Source: a virus
Virus record (IMG/VR): IMGVR_UViG_3300003154_000789
Span: 1 to 61,330 of that record
Strand: one strand, 5' to 3'
Length of the DNA stretch: 61,330 nt
The position numbers and the translations under genes were made by a program. Under the pieces are notes generated by a model. It was not told the origin of the DNA. It saw only the letters and a program-made list of their open reading frames with translations, and made no database searches. Below are positions 48,941-57,856 of this stretch, one piece after another (position 1 is the first letter of the stretch; every line of letters begins with the position of its first letter).

Positions 48941-49120
48941 TTTCCCAGAAATTTCAAGGGTAAATTTGGAAGGGCGGTTCCGTAAGCAGCAGCAGCAGCT
49001 AAAAGTTTAAGTTTAAAATAAAAAAATATTGGTTTCCCATAAACTCCAAGGGTAAATTTAGGAAGCCGGTTCCGTAGACGAAAAAAACACCTAAAAGTTT
49101 TTAAAAAAATAAACAAAATA
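48941..49120. repeat. Imperfect tandem direct repeat (92-bp period) near the transcription convergence zone
   Basis: TTTCCCA..CAAGGGTAAATTT..GGAAG..CGGTTCCGTA..CTAAAAGTTT occurs at 48941 and 49033. Confidence 0.7.
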
Positions 49121-49542
49121 ACATATAATAAAGATACAGATACGGAAAAAGAAAACAAAAGGATACCGATAGTCTATAGAATATAGTGTAGAAGCCGCGT
49201 ATAGAATACCGGGATTATAAAAAGAATAGAAAGGGAAATACTATGAAGGAAAAAATAGGAAGGATTAGATTTAGTGGTAGGGGTTTCTTCTCTAGTATCA
49301 ATATCTTTACTACGCGATTTGCTATGATTGATGCTATAGAAGTTTATGGACTTGGTGGGGATGGATTGAGAGGAAAGAATAATAGAAGAGAAGACGATAT
49401 AAGGGATTCGCTCCAAGCTCCTCCCTTATATCAGGAGGAAAAATTATGAAACAATTAAAGCACAGGAGTAAAAGGAGTCAATTCTTTCCCCTGGTGAAAC
49501 ACTGCATGCATGGTGACGACATACATGCAGATAAAACAATCG

Positions 49543-50430
49543 TTATACTGTAGGATTATGTACCCACAGAAGCATAGCACGCTTTATATTTACTGGATTT
49601 GTACGTTTAAATTTAGTAGCTTCATAACGCTGAATTACCGGATGTTTAGTCGAACCAGTATATACACCACTTAAGTAGTCAATAAGAATATTGTCCACCA
49701 CGTTATACGCCTTTATATAATCGCCCATTTCAGCCGTCCAATTAGGCAGCAGCTGATCGATATCACTGTTGGTAATACCCAAACCATCGGTAGGCACGGC
49801 ATTTGCACATCTCAGTACGGGTTGTCCAATGACGTCTGCCATACCAAATACTTCAGTTTTCCAAAGCTCCTGAATTAATCCAAGATCCCCCACATCTCCA
49901 TGGAGAGTCCAAAATCCAAGATAGTATTCTGTAAGGTTATCTGTTGATAGAACAAGTCCTTTCTGCTCTTGGGCTTTATTATACAAGAAGATCATTCGAG
50001 TACGAGCTTTTATATTACCCATTCGAATCTTTTCTTCATGAGTCAACATCTTCCCATCAATACCTTGGATATACTTTTCATACAGAAGTGAGTCAACACC
50101 TCTAAGAATACCAAGAAAGGTTTCAGCCAGATTTACTTCCGCAAATTCATCACAGTATGTCCTACCAACAATATCTGCTCTCTCTATCTCCTCCTTTTTG
50201 TTGCTTAAGATCTTTAAGCTGTATCCAGAAAGTGTTATCTCCCGACCTTCCTTTTTCAAACCGTCACAAATTTTTCTGGCAAGGGCGGCTATAACAGCAC
50301 TATCTACCCCGCCAGAAATACCAAGAACAAGTGTTTTAATATTCGAGTTGTCTCGCAAGTATGAAATACCTGCATTGACAGCTCCACTTACCATGAATTT
50401 ATACTCTGAAGAAATCTTTGAAGATTCCAT
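49543..50430 (-). CDS. nadE: NH3-dependent NAD+ synthetase
   Basis: GISGGVDSAV, GNIKARTRM, TDNLTE..LGFWTLHGD, PTDGL. Confidence 0.9.
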   Translation of the reverse strand: MESSKISSEYKFMVSGAVNAGISYLRDNSNIKTLVLGISGGVDSAVIAALARKICDGLKKEGREITLSGYSLKILSNKKEEIERADIVGRTYCDEFAEVNLAETFLGILRGVDSLLYEKYIQGIDGKMLTHEEKIRMGNIKARTRMIFLYNKAQEQKGLVLSTDNLTEYYLGFWTLHGDVGDLGLIQELWKTEVFGMADVIGQPVLRCANAVPTDGLGITNSDIDQLLPNWTAEMGDYIKAYNVVDNILIDYLSGVYTGSTKHPVIQRYEATKFKRTNPVNIKRAMLLWVHNPTV

Positions 50431-50440
50431 AACATTCTCC

Positions 50441-51079
50441 CTATTTATACAGTTCATGTTCTACAATGTATTCATGAATGGCAACTAATAATCCCTTTGG
50501 TTTATTCTTCTTTTGGTGTTCCCAATTGTTGTGATAGTCTTCCCGAATCTTTGATGAAGCATTCTGTCCACCATTTTCTCCCAATATGAACACATTTGTG
50601 GTTTGTTCAATCCAAATATGTGAATTTGAAAAACACCAGTCATGGGGTCCATGAATGAATCCTGGTCTTTTAACAACCACAAAAGGTATTGTCTTCAAAA
50701 GATTTCTACTATTTCTCCATTCTCTAATCCTACTAGCTTGATCAGAGCCTATCACATAATAAAATTCTCTATCAGGATGTCTTCGTATAAGTTCTATTAT
50801 AACGGCATAGGCTCCAGCTTCATTTGCCATTTCTATTTCAGTTGTGCATATACTGGAGCATGGACCTAAATAGTTCACCACATATTTAAGCATGGCTATT
50901 CTGTGTTCTGGGCTGGTGAGTTTCTTTTGGCCAAAAGCATCTGAATAACAAGGAAGGAACCATAATTCTGCTGGACAGTTGGAAAATCTTTTGTGTCCTA
51001 ACACAGTGGCTGCTGTATTTATATGACTTTTATGTGGTGGATCAAATGCTCCGCCGAATAATAGAGTTTTTATCTTCAT
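50441..51079 (-). CDS. nadD: Nicotinate-nucleotide adenylyltransferase
   Basis: FGGAFDPPHKSH, HRIAML, IGSD, W, RPG, SSKIR. Confidence 0.88.
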   Translation of the reverse strand: MKIKTLLFGGAFDPPHKSHINTAATVLGHKRFSNCPAELWFLPCYSDAFGQKKLTSPEHRIAMLKYVVNYLGPCSSICTTEIEMANEAGAYAVIIELIRRHPDREFYYVIGSDQASRIREWRNSRNLLKTIPFVVVKRPGFIHGPHDWCFSNSHIWIEQTTNVFILGENGGQNASSKIREDYHNNWEHQKKNKPKGLLVAIHEYIVEHELYK

Positions 51080-51080
51080 C

Positions 51081-52274
51081 TTACCCCGCTATCTTTTCTT
51101 TAACAACTTTAATCAGGTAGTCTAAAAATTCTGGGTCCTCACACATACCCTTCCCTGCACTATCACTTATCTTTGCTACAGGTCTACCATTACACTCTAT
51201 CGGTTTCATAACTACCTGTGGGGCTTCAAATCCACAATCATTGGTAAGATAAGTACCTATACCGAAGGATACATTTATCTCATTGTGAAAACGTCTGAAG
51301 AGATCTAAAGCAACCTCAAAAGTAATGCCATCGCTGAATATGGCAGCTTTGGTACGTGGATCAATCCTTAATTTCTTGTAATGGGCAATCAATTTTTCAG
51401 CCCACCAAATCGGGTCCCCAGAGTCATGGCGACAACCATCAAATAGTAGAGCAAAGTAGCGATCAAAGTCTTTTAGGAAAGCATCAAAGCCTATTGTATC
51501 AGACAGGGCAATTCCCAATTCTCCACGGTATTCATTTGTCCAAGCTTGAAGTGCTGCTGACTGACTATCAGCCAAACGAGGACCGAGCTGTTGATGAACT
51601 TGGAAAAGCTGATGAGCCATGGTTCCTATAGGTTTGACACCATATTTTTTAGCAAACATAACATTGCTGGTGCCAACAAAATATTTACCATAATTTTCCA
51701 CAATGAAGCCGATCAGTTCATCTTGCCACTCTACATCAGCACGACGTCTTGTACCGAATTCTGCGAACTTGAATGCCTGGTCCTTATGAAGACTTGCATC
51801 TAGCATGGTAAACTTATCCTTGAGCCTTTTACGGGCTTCAGGAAGCCATATGATCTTGGATGTGGAATTTTCGGTGTAGAGTTGGCTTACAATCGAAAGA
51901 ATTGGCTCTTCAAATGGTATAGTTGTGAGCCATGGTCCATCAACTTCAATAACTAGTACCCCGTTCACATTGCGGATTTTGATGTAAGCCCTATTCAATT
52001 GAAACAATCTGAGATATTCAATAAAATCTCGTTTTAAATAGGGAATGCTGGATAGATACTTGAGTTCGTCTTCAGTGAATCTTAAAGTGCATAGATGATC
52101 CACTTCTTTCTTTACTCGACCTACAAAATCATCCATGGAAATACGAAGCTTCATTCTATCCCAGTTTCTCCATTTGAATGCATAGCGAACCCATGCACCT
52201 GAACACTGATGAAGGGCAAGCTGCATCATTGAGAAGGTATAAAAATCACTGTCTGTTAGACTATTTATAATCAT
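51081..52274 (-). CDS. pncB: Nicotinate phosphoribosyltransferase
   Basis: DSDFY..SM, EFGTRR, GTSNV, GTMAH, RHDSGDP, FSDG, FGIGT, KISD..GK. Confidence 0.93.
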   Translation of the reverse strand: MIINSLTDSDFYTFSMMQLALHQCSGAWVRYAFKWRNWDRMKLRISMDDFVGRVKKEVDHLCTLRFTEDELKYLSSIPYLKRDFIEYLRLFQLNRAYIKIRNVNGVLVIEVDGPWLTTIPFEEPILSIVSQLYTENSTSKIIWLPEARKRLKDKFTMLDASLHKDQAFKFAEFGTRRRADVEWQDELIGFIVENYGKYFVGTSNVMFAKKYGVKPIGTMAHQLFQVHQQLGPRLADSQSAALQAWTNEYRGELGIALSDTIGFDAFLKDFDRYFALLFDGCRHDSGDPIWWAEKLIAHYKKLRIDPRTKAAIFSDGITFEVALDLFRRFHNEINVSFGIGTYLTNDCGFEAPQVVMKPIECNGRPVAKISDSAGKGMCEDPEFLDYLIKVVKEKIAG

Positions 52275-52276
52275 AG

Positions 52277-52429
52277 CTATCCTTTCACTTTTAGACTGTC
52301 TCGTAATCGTTCTTCAATATACTTGGTATTGTTTACATACACTTGCTGGTCTTCTGCATTTGTTTCCATACCTTGTATTATCTTACGGACGACTAGGTCA
52401 GCCTTATCTTTTTCGGTTTTTTGTTTCAT
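52277..52429 (-). CDS. small hypothetical protein
   Basis: MKQKTEK... with AAGGA RBS. Confidence 0.4.
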   Translation of the reverse strand: MKQKTEKDKADLVVRKIIQGMETNAEDQQVYVNNTKYIEERLRDSLKVKG

Positions 52430-52445
52430 ACTCGATGGTCCTTCT

Positions 52446-52748
52446 TTAAGATCCATCGGCTGTACATGACTTCCCGCAGATGGAACATTTACCAGTCTCT
52501 TCCTCACTATCATTTTCAATGACATAAGCCTTTTTCTTTTCACGAAGTTCTTTTCTTGTACTGGCAAACCACGGTACACGAGATACGATTATGGCTGAAT
52601 CACCAAAGTGTTCACATGATTCAATCGTGAACATCTTTGTACTGATTGCCGAGCAACGTGGACAGAAGTCGTAATGTTCTTTAAACCTCACAACTTGTTC
52701 ATGACCACAAAAATAACATGCTTTATCTACGATTCCGAATTCTTCCAT
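52446..52748 (-). CDS. Zn-finger hypothetical protein
   Basis: CYFC, CPRC, CSIC; GAGGAG RBS. Confidence 0.55.
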   Translation of the reverse strand: MEEFGIVDKACYFCGHEQVVRFKEHYDFCPRCSAISTKMFTIESCEHFGDSAIIVSRVPWFASTRKELREKKKAYVIENDSEEETGKCSICGKSCTADGS

Positions 52749-52773
52749 GACAACTCCTCGATTTTAAAAATAG

Positions 52774-53106
52774 TAGGTGGTGTGCTGTTACGCCAAATGC
52801 CTGTCTTCTACCGCAAGATTCTCACCCCCACCACACATATAACCAATCTTGCAAAACGCAATGTGTAGCCGTGCTTCTCAAAGCACGCTTGGGCACGACG
52901 GAAGATTTCTTATCCGCCGAGGCAGTGCATATACGGAGACAGGTTTGTCGCACCCATAGTGTCGATACGTACAACTGCCGTCTCCTTAAATGTCATCTTT
53001 TGCAATGATGGCGGGCAACTCATTATAGGTACCGAATATTTGTTATTGGCGTAACATTGTATTCGGCAGGGCGAACCTGGCTGCTTCTAAGCCAACCTCC
53101 CACCTA
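52774..53106 (-). ncRNA. Structured RNA mimicking the 23S rRNA L11-binding domain (H42-H44) with insertions
   Basis: UAGGUGG-GA-GGUUGGCUUAGAAGCAGCCA ... CCUAUAAUGAG ... GGCGUAACAGCAC-A-CCACCUA. Confidence 0.75.
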
Positions 53107-53157
53107 TCTTAATTGAATTTCAGTCGTCTATTATGGCGACGATGACCAAGTTAAAGG

Positions 53158-53694
53158 TTAAATAATTTCAGTGCCATAAAGAGCGGACATCCTTTTAATG
53201 GCCATATTGTCCATTTCCTGATCGAAATCGGCGACACAATTCTGATGAATCACTGTTGGATAATCACGATTGGCTAGATCTCCAACTGTATCCATTACAC
53301 AGATACTTGTGCATACTCCAGCTACCTCAATCACAGAGTTTCCTGGCTTCAGCCCGAAGTGTACTTGAAGAGTGAATTCCAGTGAGGTATTGTAGAAACC
53401 ACTGTATCTGGTTTTTGTGACAATGGCATCCGTTCCTTGTGTAAAATTCAACTCATCGATAATTCTTGCTCCATATGTATTAATGACACAATGTTTTGGA
53501 AAACGTTTAAACTCAAGATCATCTTCTGTATGGGCATCAGACAAGAAGATAACTGGATAACCATTTGCACGATATTCTTCAATTCTTGCTTTAACAAAAG
53601 GCACAATTGCCTGAGCCGTAGGGCCACAAAATAATGCCCCATCCTGTTTGATAAAATCGTTTAACATATCAACTACGAGTAAAGCCTTTTTCAT
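53158..53694 (-). CDS. pncA: Nicotinamidase (isochorismatase family)
   Basis: VVDMLNDF..GAL, DAH, FPKHC, KTRYSGF, GVCTSICV; located in NAD gene block. Confidence 0.82.
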   Translation of the reverse strand: MKKALLVVDMLNDFIKQDGALFCGPTAQAIVPFVKARIEEYRANGYPVIFLSDAHTEDDLEFKRFPKHCVINTYGARIIDELNFTQGTDAIVTKTRYSGFYNTSLEFTLQVHFGLKPGNSVIEVAGVCTSICVMDTVGDLANRDYPTVIHQNCVADFDQEMDNMAIKRMSALYGTEII

Positions 53695-53698
53695 TCTT

Positions 53699-53908
53699 TC
53701 ACTTCTCTGATTCAGATCTAGCTCTTATCTCCTGCCAATACATACATTCAAAGTGTCGATCATTGATTGATATATTTTTTTCTATAATTCTTTCAGCGAT
53801 CAAACACATTTCTTTTGGTTTAGTATCAACATGACATTCAGTTATACCATACCATGGAATAGAAGCATGACAACCAAATCTTTTTTTGTTCGAATAGTTA
53901 TCACTCAT
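53699..53908 (-). CDS. hypothetical protein
   Basis: Small coupled ORF. Confidence 0.4.
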   Translation of the reverse strand: MSDNYSNKKRFGCHASIPWYGITECHVDTKPKEMCLIAERIIEKNISINDRHFECMYWQEIRARSESEK

Positions 53909-54112
53909 TTATTATTCCTTTATTTTTATAGAACTTTTGCCGGACTTCTGCCTCTGTCAGACAGCATGTCCGGCGACAAAACATTTTCCCCACCCCCATC
54001 CCACTCGACCTCTGCTCGATTGGGGCATGTTCAATAGATTCTATATGGAGTTTATATTCGTGTTGCCAATACGTATATAAATTGTCCAAATAGAAATCTT
54101 TTAAACATTCCC

Positions 54113-54427
54113 TCACAAAGCTGGTGTTGCGAATGAAAAATTTCGGAGGATACGAAGCGTAACCGCGGTATCAAACCTACTCTCCTTCATGTTGCGTTCA
54201 TAAAGTCCAATTTCAACGAGTTGTATATAACCAATAGGAAAATGGAACCACTCACATATTGCGGGTCGATACGCCGCTAGTGAAATAGAATCCATAATTA
54301 AATCTTGGATATAATACTTCCCTCCCTCGAAAATTATGTTCGCCTTTACACGCAATGCACGTGAAAAATATATATGTTTTATGGTACTACATTCTATTAA
54401 TTTAAATTTAACATATATCAAAGCCAT
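54113..54427 (-). CDS. hypothetical protein
   Basis: ORF only. Confidence 0.35.
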   Translation of the reverse strand: MALIYVKFKLIECSTIKHIYFSRALRVKANIIFEGGKYYIQDLIMDSISLAAYRPAICEWFHFPIGYIQLVEIGLYERNMKESRFDTAVTLRILRNFSFATPAL

Positions 54428-54506
54428 GCATCACGCTTACAACATTTTTTAATTTAATCTCATCTAATAAATAATAAATAATTGTAAAACTGTACTTCTT
54501 AACTAA

Positions 54507-55271
54507 TTAACTAATAAGTTTATTTATCTCACCGACTGGCAAAGATTTCAATTTTGCCATGGCATCAAAATAAATACCCTTACTCAACTCTGAAAATCCT
54601 GGAGATGAATTGATCTCTATGAAATAGATTTTCATACTGTTATCCACAATTAAATCCACCGCACCAAAAGACATTCCCATAACTTTAAGAATCTTTTCTG
54701 AAATATCTTTTGCATCAGTGAATACTTTGTGGCTATTGGGCGATTGTACGCTTTGAAAGTGCCCTCCCTGATGAAAATTCCAAGCTATTTGGTCGGAGGG
54801 ACCCACACGTTTATGAACAGCCCAATCTTTTTTAGATATCCAGGAAAATGCATGAACACGAAGTTCATATTTCCTTTCTTTTACCATCTTCTGATAATAC
54901 TTTCCAACAATTTTGCCACGCCCCCTTGCGGCGATGATTCCATTACCCTGACTTGAGTGTACTCTTTTTTCAATCCAATCAGAAAGTTTAGCTGTTTCAG
55001 GGAGGGATAACCTCGTTTCAGGTACAGTTATCCCTTTATTTTCTGCATCTTTTACAGAGGAATACTTAGAACGACCAACATGACCATTGATCATAGGTAC
55101 TTTTATTGCTGGCGGGTATTTTCTGAAAAATAAATCAAGTCTTTCGCCACTTACCCCGTAGTTTATAATGGCATCAGCTTTTTGTCCAACATATCTGCGT
55201 ATACCAACATTGTTTATGATTTCTCTACAGGATTTGGATGCCCTATTTCCAATGATACATATGTTAGTCAT
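54507..55271 (-). CDS. ATP-grasp (RimK-like) ligase
   Basis: QGNGI, YQK, ELRVH, FGAVD, IEINSSPG. Confidence 0.75.
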   Translation of the reverse strand: MTNICIIGNRASKSCREIINNVGIRRYVGQKADAIINYGVSGERLDLFFRKYPPAIKVPMINGHVGRSKYSSVKDAENKGITVPETRLSLPETAKLSDWIEKRVHSSQGNGIIAARGRGKIVGKYYQKMVKERKYELRVHAFSWISKKDWAVHKRVGPSDQIAWNFHQGGHFQSVQSPNSHKVFTDAKDISEKILKVMGMSFGAVDLIVDNSMKIYFIEINSSPGFSELSKGIYFDAMAKLKSLPVGEINKLIS

Positions 55272-55284
55272 AGTTGAATACTCC

Positions 55285-55671
55285 CTAGTCCTCAAACAAC
55301 GGTCTACGTCCTTTACAGATATCATCTATGTACTGTTCGAAAGGACGCAGTCTTCTTTTCTCTCCATGTCGTGATTGTAATGAGGAAAGTTTCATAACTT
55401 GTTCCCAATTCTTCTTATCGGTATCCTCATCTATATCAACTCCTAGATCCAGATCAATCTCACGATCAAACTCTTCGTGGAGCTCCTCTGCCAAAGCGAA
55501 AGCGAGACCCATTTCTTCTGGCCCCATTTTGTCAAATAAATCCCGATCTTGCTCTCTCCTGTTTGTATCAATAATCTGGTCATAGGTGTCATACAGATAA
55601 TCTTCTCCACCCATTCTCCCATCATCAATACCTTCGTAACCTTCATGACTACAGTGGTCAATACCAAACAT
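55285..55671 (-). CDS. acidic hypothetical protein
   Basis: Intact ORF in operon orientation. Confidence 0.55.
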   Translation of the reverse strand: MFGIDHCSHEGYEGIDDGRMGGEDYLYDTYDQIIDTNRREQDRDLFDKMGPEEMGLAFALAEELHEEFDREIDLDLGVDIDEDTDKKNWEQVMKLSSLQSRHGEKRRLRPFEQYIDDICKGRRPLFED

Positions 55672-55686
55672 AAATTCATCACCTCT

Positions 55687-56226
55687 TTATAAATTTCTAC
55701 TTAGTCTCAAGAATATTAACATTTTAACGATTCTGTCCACCAAATATTTTTGCGTCTCATCCATTTCACGGTCAAGATTTTCTATGATATACTGAGTCTC
55801 TTTGATGTAGCGGTCAACAAAATGGGTTGGAATACAAATTTCCTGCAATCCTACGATATTGCTTAGACGATCACAAAGTTTTATTAGAAAAGCCTTATCT
55901 GACATAGCATTGATTTTTCTTGATAGATAAACAGCTTTTCCATAAATGGCTATTTGGGAGTCATCATTTGTTACTTCTCCTACCAGTCCCATAACTATCC
56001 CGCCAAATTTTTTTCCTAGTTCGTCCAAGGTTGTGGAAGTATTTTCAACCACATCATGACAAAGAGCAGCGATGTACTCATCATCAGAAGCTTTCCCATC
56101 TGTAGCCTCCCATAATAGCTGTGCCGTTTCTTCTAAATGAATTAGATAAGGTTTGTTGGTGAACTTTCGCTTCTCATCATGATGACGATCTGCAACAAAG
56201 TTATGTGCTACCATCAACCTATTCAT
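55687..56226 (-). CDS. HD-domain protein, SpoT/Mesh1 hydrolase-like
   Basis: H..RK..PYLIH, AALCHDVVEN, IKLCDRLSN. Confidence 0.8.
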   Translation of the reverse strand: MNRLMVAHNFVADRHHDEKRKFTNKPYLIHLEETAQLLWEATDGKASDDEYIAALCHDVVENTSTTLDELGKKFGGIVMGLVGEVTNDDSQIAIYGKAVYLSRKINAMSDKAFLIKLCDRLSNIVGLQEICIPTHFVDRYIKETQYIIENLDREMDETQKYLVDRIVKMLIFLRLSRNL

Positions 56227-56666
56227 CTTTGAACCTCCGATAACACCATGAGAAACTCTCTTAACTCGGGTGTGTATTGTATATACTGTGTACCAGTACC
56301 TATAAAGTGTTGTCCATAGGTCGGAGAGTCATCTACATGCACACATAGCCCCATAGATTTTGAGTACTTAGCTTTTGTGCTATCCCAAAGGTGTGGGGCT
56401 ATAAGAGGCTGTGTTAAATCACCGTTCTTATATGATATGTGTGTGCCGATCATCTTATGGAAGGTTGTAATAGAGAATACATGGTCATACCGGACGCCAA
56501 AATTATCTATACGAGTGAACAACTCGTCAGAAAGTTCACGCCCAGTCAAAATATGAACCTCGTGTCCTTTAGTTTTTAATCTATGAGTAAAAAATGAAAA
56601 AAATTCGGGGTCTCGATCAATCACCCCATGTACATCAATACCTATCTTTATGATTCTCATATACAC
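56223..56666 (-). CDS. HAD-like protein
   Basis: IDVHGVI, LTGR, K, HVDD. Confidence 0.65.
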   Translation of the reverse strand: MYMRIIKIGIDVHGVIDRDPEFFSFFTHRLKTKGHEVHILTGRELSDELFTRIDNFGVRYDHVFSITTFHKMIGTHISYKNGDLTQPLIAPHLWDSTKAKYSKSMGLCVHVDDSPTYGQHFIGTGTQYIQYTPELREFLMVLSEVQR

Positions 56667-56810
56667 CCTTCCTTTATAAAAATTCGAGAGGATTCTTTAA
56701 CGGATACGATCAATCCGAATCCATGCTATGCCGGATTATGCTAACTGTAGTTTGATTTTGTTTTATATCGTAAATCCTCTCATTTGCTACTATGCTCTTA
56801 GCAAACTTGT

Positions 56811-56900
56811 AATAGGTGAGAACTTTGTCATCGGTTTTTTTTGCCATTAATCTGATTATGAGTCGGATATGAAGTAACCGAACAACTCACTACACCTATT
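56811..56900 (-). ncRNA. Y-RNA-like repeat 3
   Basis: AAUAGGUG/CACCUAUU stem, UAGUGAG, CGGUUACUUC. Confidence 0.6.
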
Positions 56901-56909
56901 GTTTAAAGT

Positions 56910-57017
56910 AAAGACGAGAAACCGGATCTCAGGTGCGGGTTCATTCCCGCATAAACCTTGGCGATTAGCCCTGGCAGAGTATGATTCTGAAGTAACTGAA
57001 TTCCTCACTTCATCTTT
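56910..57017 (-). ncRNA. Y-RNA-like repeat 2
   Basis: AAAGAUG/CGUCUUU stem, AAGUGAG, CAGUUACUUC. Confidence 0.6.
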
Positions 57018-57024
57018 GAATATG

Positions 57025-57122
57025 TATGGCGAGACAATTGGAAACGGGCTGTTTTTCTGGGGTTTTATGCCCCGGATAGATTACAAGTCTATTGAAGTAA
57101 CCGTATTCCTCACTACGCCATG
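57025..57122 (-). ncRNA. Y-RNA-like repeat 1
   Basis: AUGGCG/CGCCAU stem, UAGUGAG, CGGUUACUUC. Confidence 0.6.
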
Positions 57123-57126
57123 AATG

Positions 57127-57585
57127 TTAAAGGTTTACAACATGGATGTTAACATTATTCCATGTTCTTGGGTTCCTAAAACTGTGGATGCTTTTCCAAC
57201 CGTTCCTGGAAAGAATACGCTGTTGTGTCTCATTAGTCACAACATCTGTACATAATAGACATCCGTATCCTAGGACTCTTGCTATATCTTTTCTGATGCC
57301 ACATAGCAGTGTGCCAAAACCCTTTTTACGCATGCCTGGAGATACGGAAGCATGATATGAGACGCATACGCCACAGCAACCTGGAAGCTCTGCTAATGAA
57401 AACCTAGCAATAGATAATGCCATAATACCATTTTTGTCAGGATCTCCTAACACTGTGTAAATATATGCTGGTATTTTACCGTTGTTGTCATTATGGAGTG
57501 TATCTACAAATATCTTGGCTTCTTTACCAAGTAAATCACTGATTTGCTTCTCAGCGTCTGCAATTATGTCCACCAAATTTGCCAT
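57127..57585 (-). CDS. GNAT-like protein
   Basis: VSPGMRKKGFGTLL acetyl-CoA-binding-like motif; RILSRNGW. Confidence 0.55.
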   Translation of the reverse strand: MANLVDIIADAEKQISDLLGKEAKIFVDTLHNDNNGKIPAYIYTVLGDPDKNGIMALSIARFSLAELPGCCGVCVSYHASVSPGMRKKGFGTLLCGIRKDIARVLGYGCLLCTDVVTNETQQRILSRNGWKSIHSFRNPRTWNNVNIHVVNL

Positions 57586-57856
57586 ATCCTCTCCTTAAAA
57601 TATTACTTGTGTTTAACCACCCCGGTAAACAATCAAATCTAAACTTGATTTCTTACCTATGGGGTGGTTAAACGTGCCCGCCCCGTCCCCACACGCTCTA
57701 AAGTTCCTCTTTACTTCTATCAATTTCAACATTATACAATGAATGGACCCCGACTCTAAAAATTTTCGATACGTATATCTAATCATGTTAGAGTACTTTC
57801 GTCGATTATAGTAGTATACTGTTGACTATGATGCATTTGAAGTATAAAGAAACTTG

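Noticed and set aside
912-49416. Short antisense ORFs within the + strand block
   Set aside because: They shadow well-supported genes and lack RBS and motifs.
52774-53106. True 23S rRNA fragment/contaminant, or a known NAD riboswitch
   Set aside because: The rRNA match is limited to three short segments split by non-rRNA inserts with compensated stems. I see no resemblance to NAD+ riboswitch classes, though an Rfam check is still needed.
56811-57122. CRISPR array
   Set aside because: Units are degenerate and end-paired rather than identical repeats with spacers; no cas genes.
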